A stretch of 64,000 bases of DNA from Balanoglossus misakiensis (lineage: Eukaryota; Animalia; Hemichordata), in contig CM082589.2 in assembly GCA_040954595.2 (NCBI GenBank), forward strand, positions 9,994,894 through 10,058,893. Direction: 5' to 3'. The position numbers were made by a program, and so were the translations under genes. The first letter of the stretch is position 1. Each line of letters begins with the position of its first letter. This document shows positions 63,401 to 64,000 of this stretch, in pieces. Under the pieces are notes generated by a model. It made no database searches, was not told the origin of the DNA, and was given only the letters and a program-made list of their open reading frames with translations.

Positions 63401-64000
63401 CTCTCAATAAAGACAACGTGTCTTCTCTGGTTGACCAGATATACAGAGTGGTGGCAGCGGTGTGGTCTGCCACCACAGCCCGTTTAAATTTTTCGTTGGT
63501 CGAGGTATTTTCATAGTAGATTAGTTTAACTTGAGTGGTAACATCGTGGTAGGTGTTGGTCTCTTTCTGGCTTAATTCTTTTAGTGTTGATTTTGGCATC
63601 TGTACGGAAGAAACAAAGGTGAAATTATAAGACTGTGGTTTCACGATCAGTGGTTGAATGTACATGATGGTGGAAACTATATCATCAAGGGGAAAACGCC
63701 AAACGAAAGGATTAATAGATTGGCATGTAGTTGCCACAAATCAGACGTGAGGGTCTCATCAGCGATCAGGTTTGCATTGAAAGTTTCAGAATGAAGAGTC
63801 TCTGGTAGTTGATGTTCAAATGAAATTACCAATTGTAATGTATCGAAGAATTCACACGGGTCACCAAAAACTTTAAAATGGGCGCAATGAGTGCTGTTAA
63901 CTGGAGAACAGTAGTACAAGCGTATTGTTGAAAATGAGACACGGCGGATGTTTGCGCCAATTGGCAAAACTTGTTCGTGTGTTGCGTCAGTTAACAGTTG
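60412..64000 (-). mobile_element. 3' part of a large Helentron (putative autonomous partner of HINE-A), extending beyond the window
   Basis: The first 28 bp (TAGCGTCAAGGACACTGTGGTCCCATTT, 60412-60439) are identical to the HINE-A terminus, then the sequence is unrelated and carries an RPA70-like gene. Rep/helicase is not visible in the window. Confidence 0.72.
61146..63599 (-). CDS. Spliced RPA70-like ssDNA-binding protein (tandem OB folds + C4 zinc ribbon), 363 aa; exons 63599-63153, 62632-62414, 61935-61769, 61404-61146
   Basis: All introns are GT-AG with pyrimidine tracts, phases 0/0/2, and join to a stop-free 1092-nt frame. OB motifs FKRAVVADHTAATTLYIW and RRTIGLGDSSGVYKLTVWGD...GDVITITNV...FNNRL. 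The zinc ribbon CADAPRCNGFLNDSNRCRFC is formed across the exon 3/4 junction. The ATG directly follows an acceptor, so an upstream exon probably exists. Confidence 0.82.

Noticed and set aside
61146-63599. Host RPA1 orthologue (gene symbol)
   Set aside because: It is too short and diverged as visible, and it lies inside a transposon terminus, so no symbol is assigned.
60596-63967. Single-exon ORF calls such as 60596-60829, 61698-61931, 62633-63043 and 63677-63967
   Set aside because: They are intronic/UTR or wrong-frame. Only parts of 63066-63737, 61958-62554 and 61146-61676 are exons of the spliced RPA-like gene.

Overview
Eukaryotic (probably animal) heterochromatin-like DNA. About 70% of the window is an AT-rich 78-bp tandem satellite (1-37546, 39042-40119, 41615-45124, 58359-60411) with nested kb-scale block duplications; the ORFs called inside it are translation artefacts of the monomer. 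The array is invaded by four things. (1) Two near-identical 1.5-kb non-autonomous Helentron-type elements (HINE/DINE-1 architecture, minus strand). (2) A tandem dimer of an Ngaro-type tyrosine-recombinase retrotransposon (45125-58358) with split direct repeats A-ORFs-B-A-ORFs-B-A-spacer-B; copy 1 is disrupted and copy 2 is intact. (3) A HINE nested inside another HINE, inserted in the pol of copy 1. (4) From 60412 to the window edge, a large element that has the same 28-bp terminus as the 1.5-kb HINEs, sits at the same position of the satellite monomer, and carries a 4-exon, frame-consistent 363-aa RPA70-like gene that the ORF track does not assemble. The two best leads are this candidate satellite-targeting, RPA-carrying Helentron family with its non-autonomous partners, and an in-frame splice donor/acceptor pair suggesting the retrotransposon recombinase is made as a spliced Gag(N)-YR fusion. 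All calls come from manual reading; no database searches were run.
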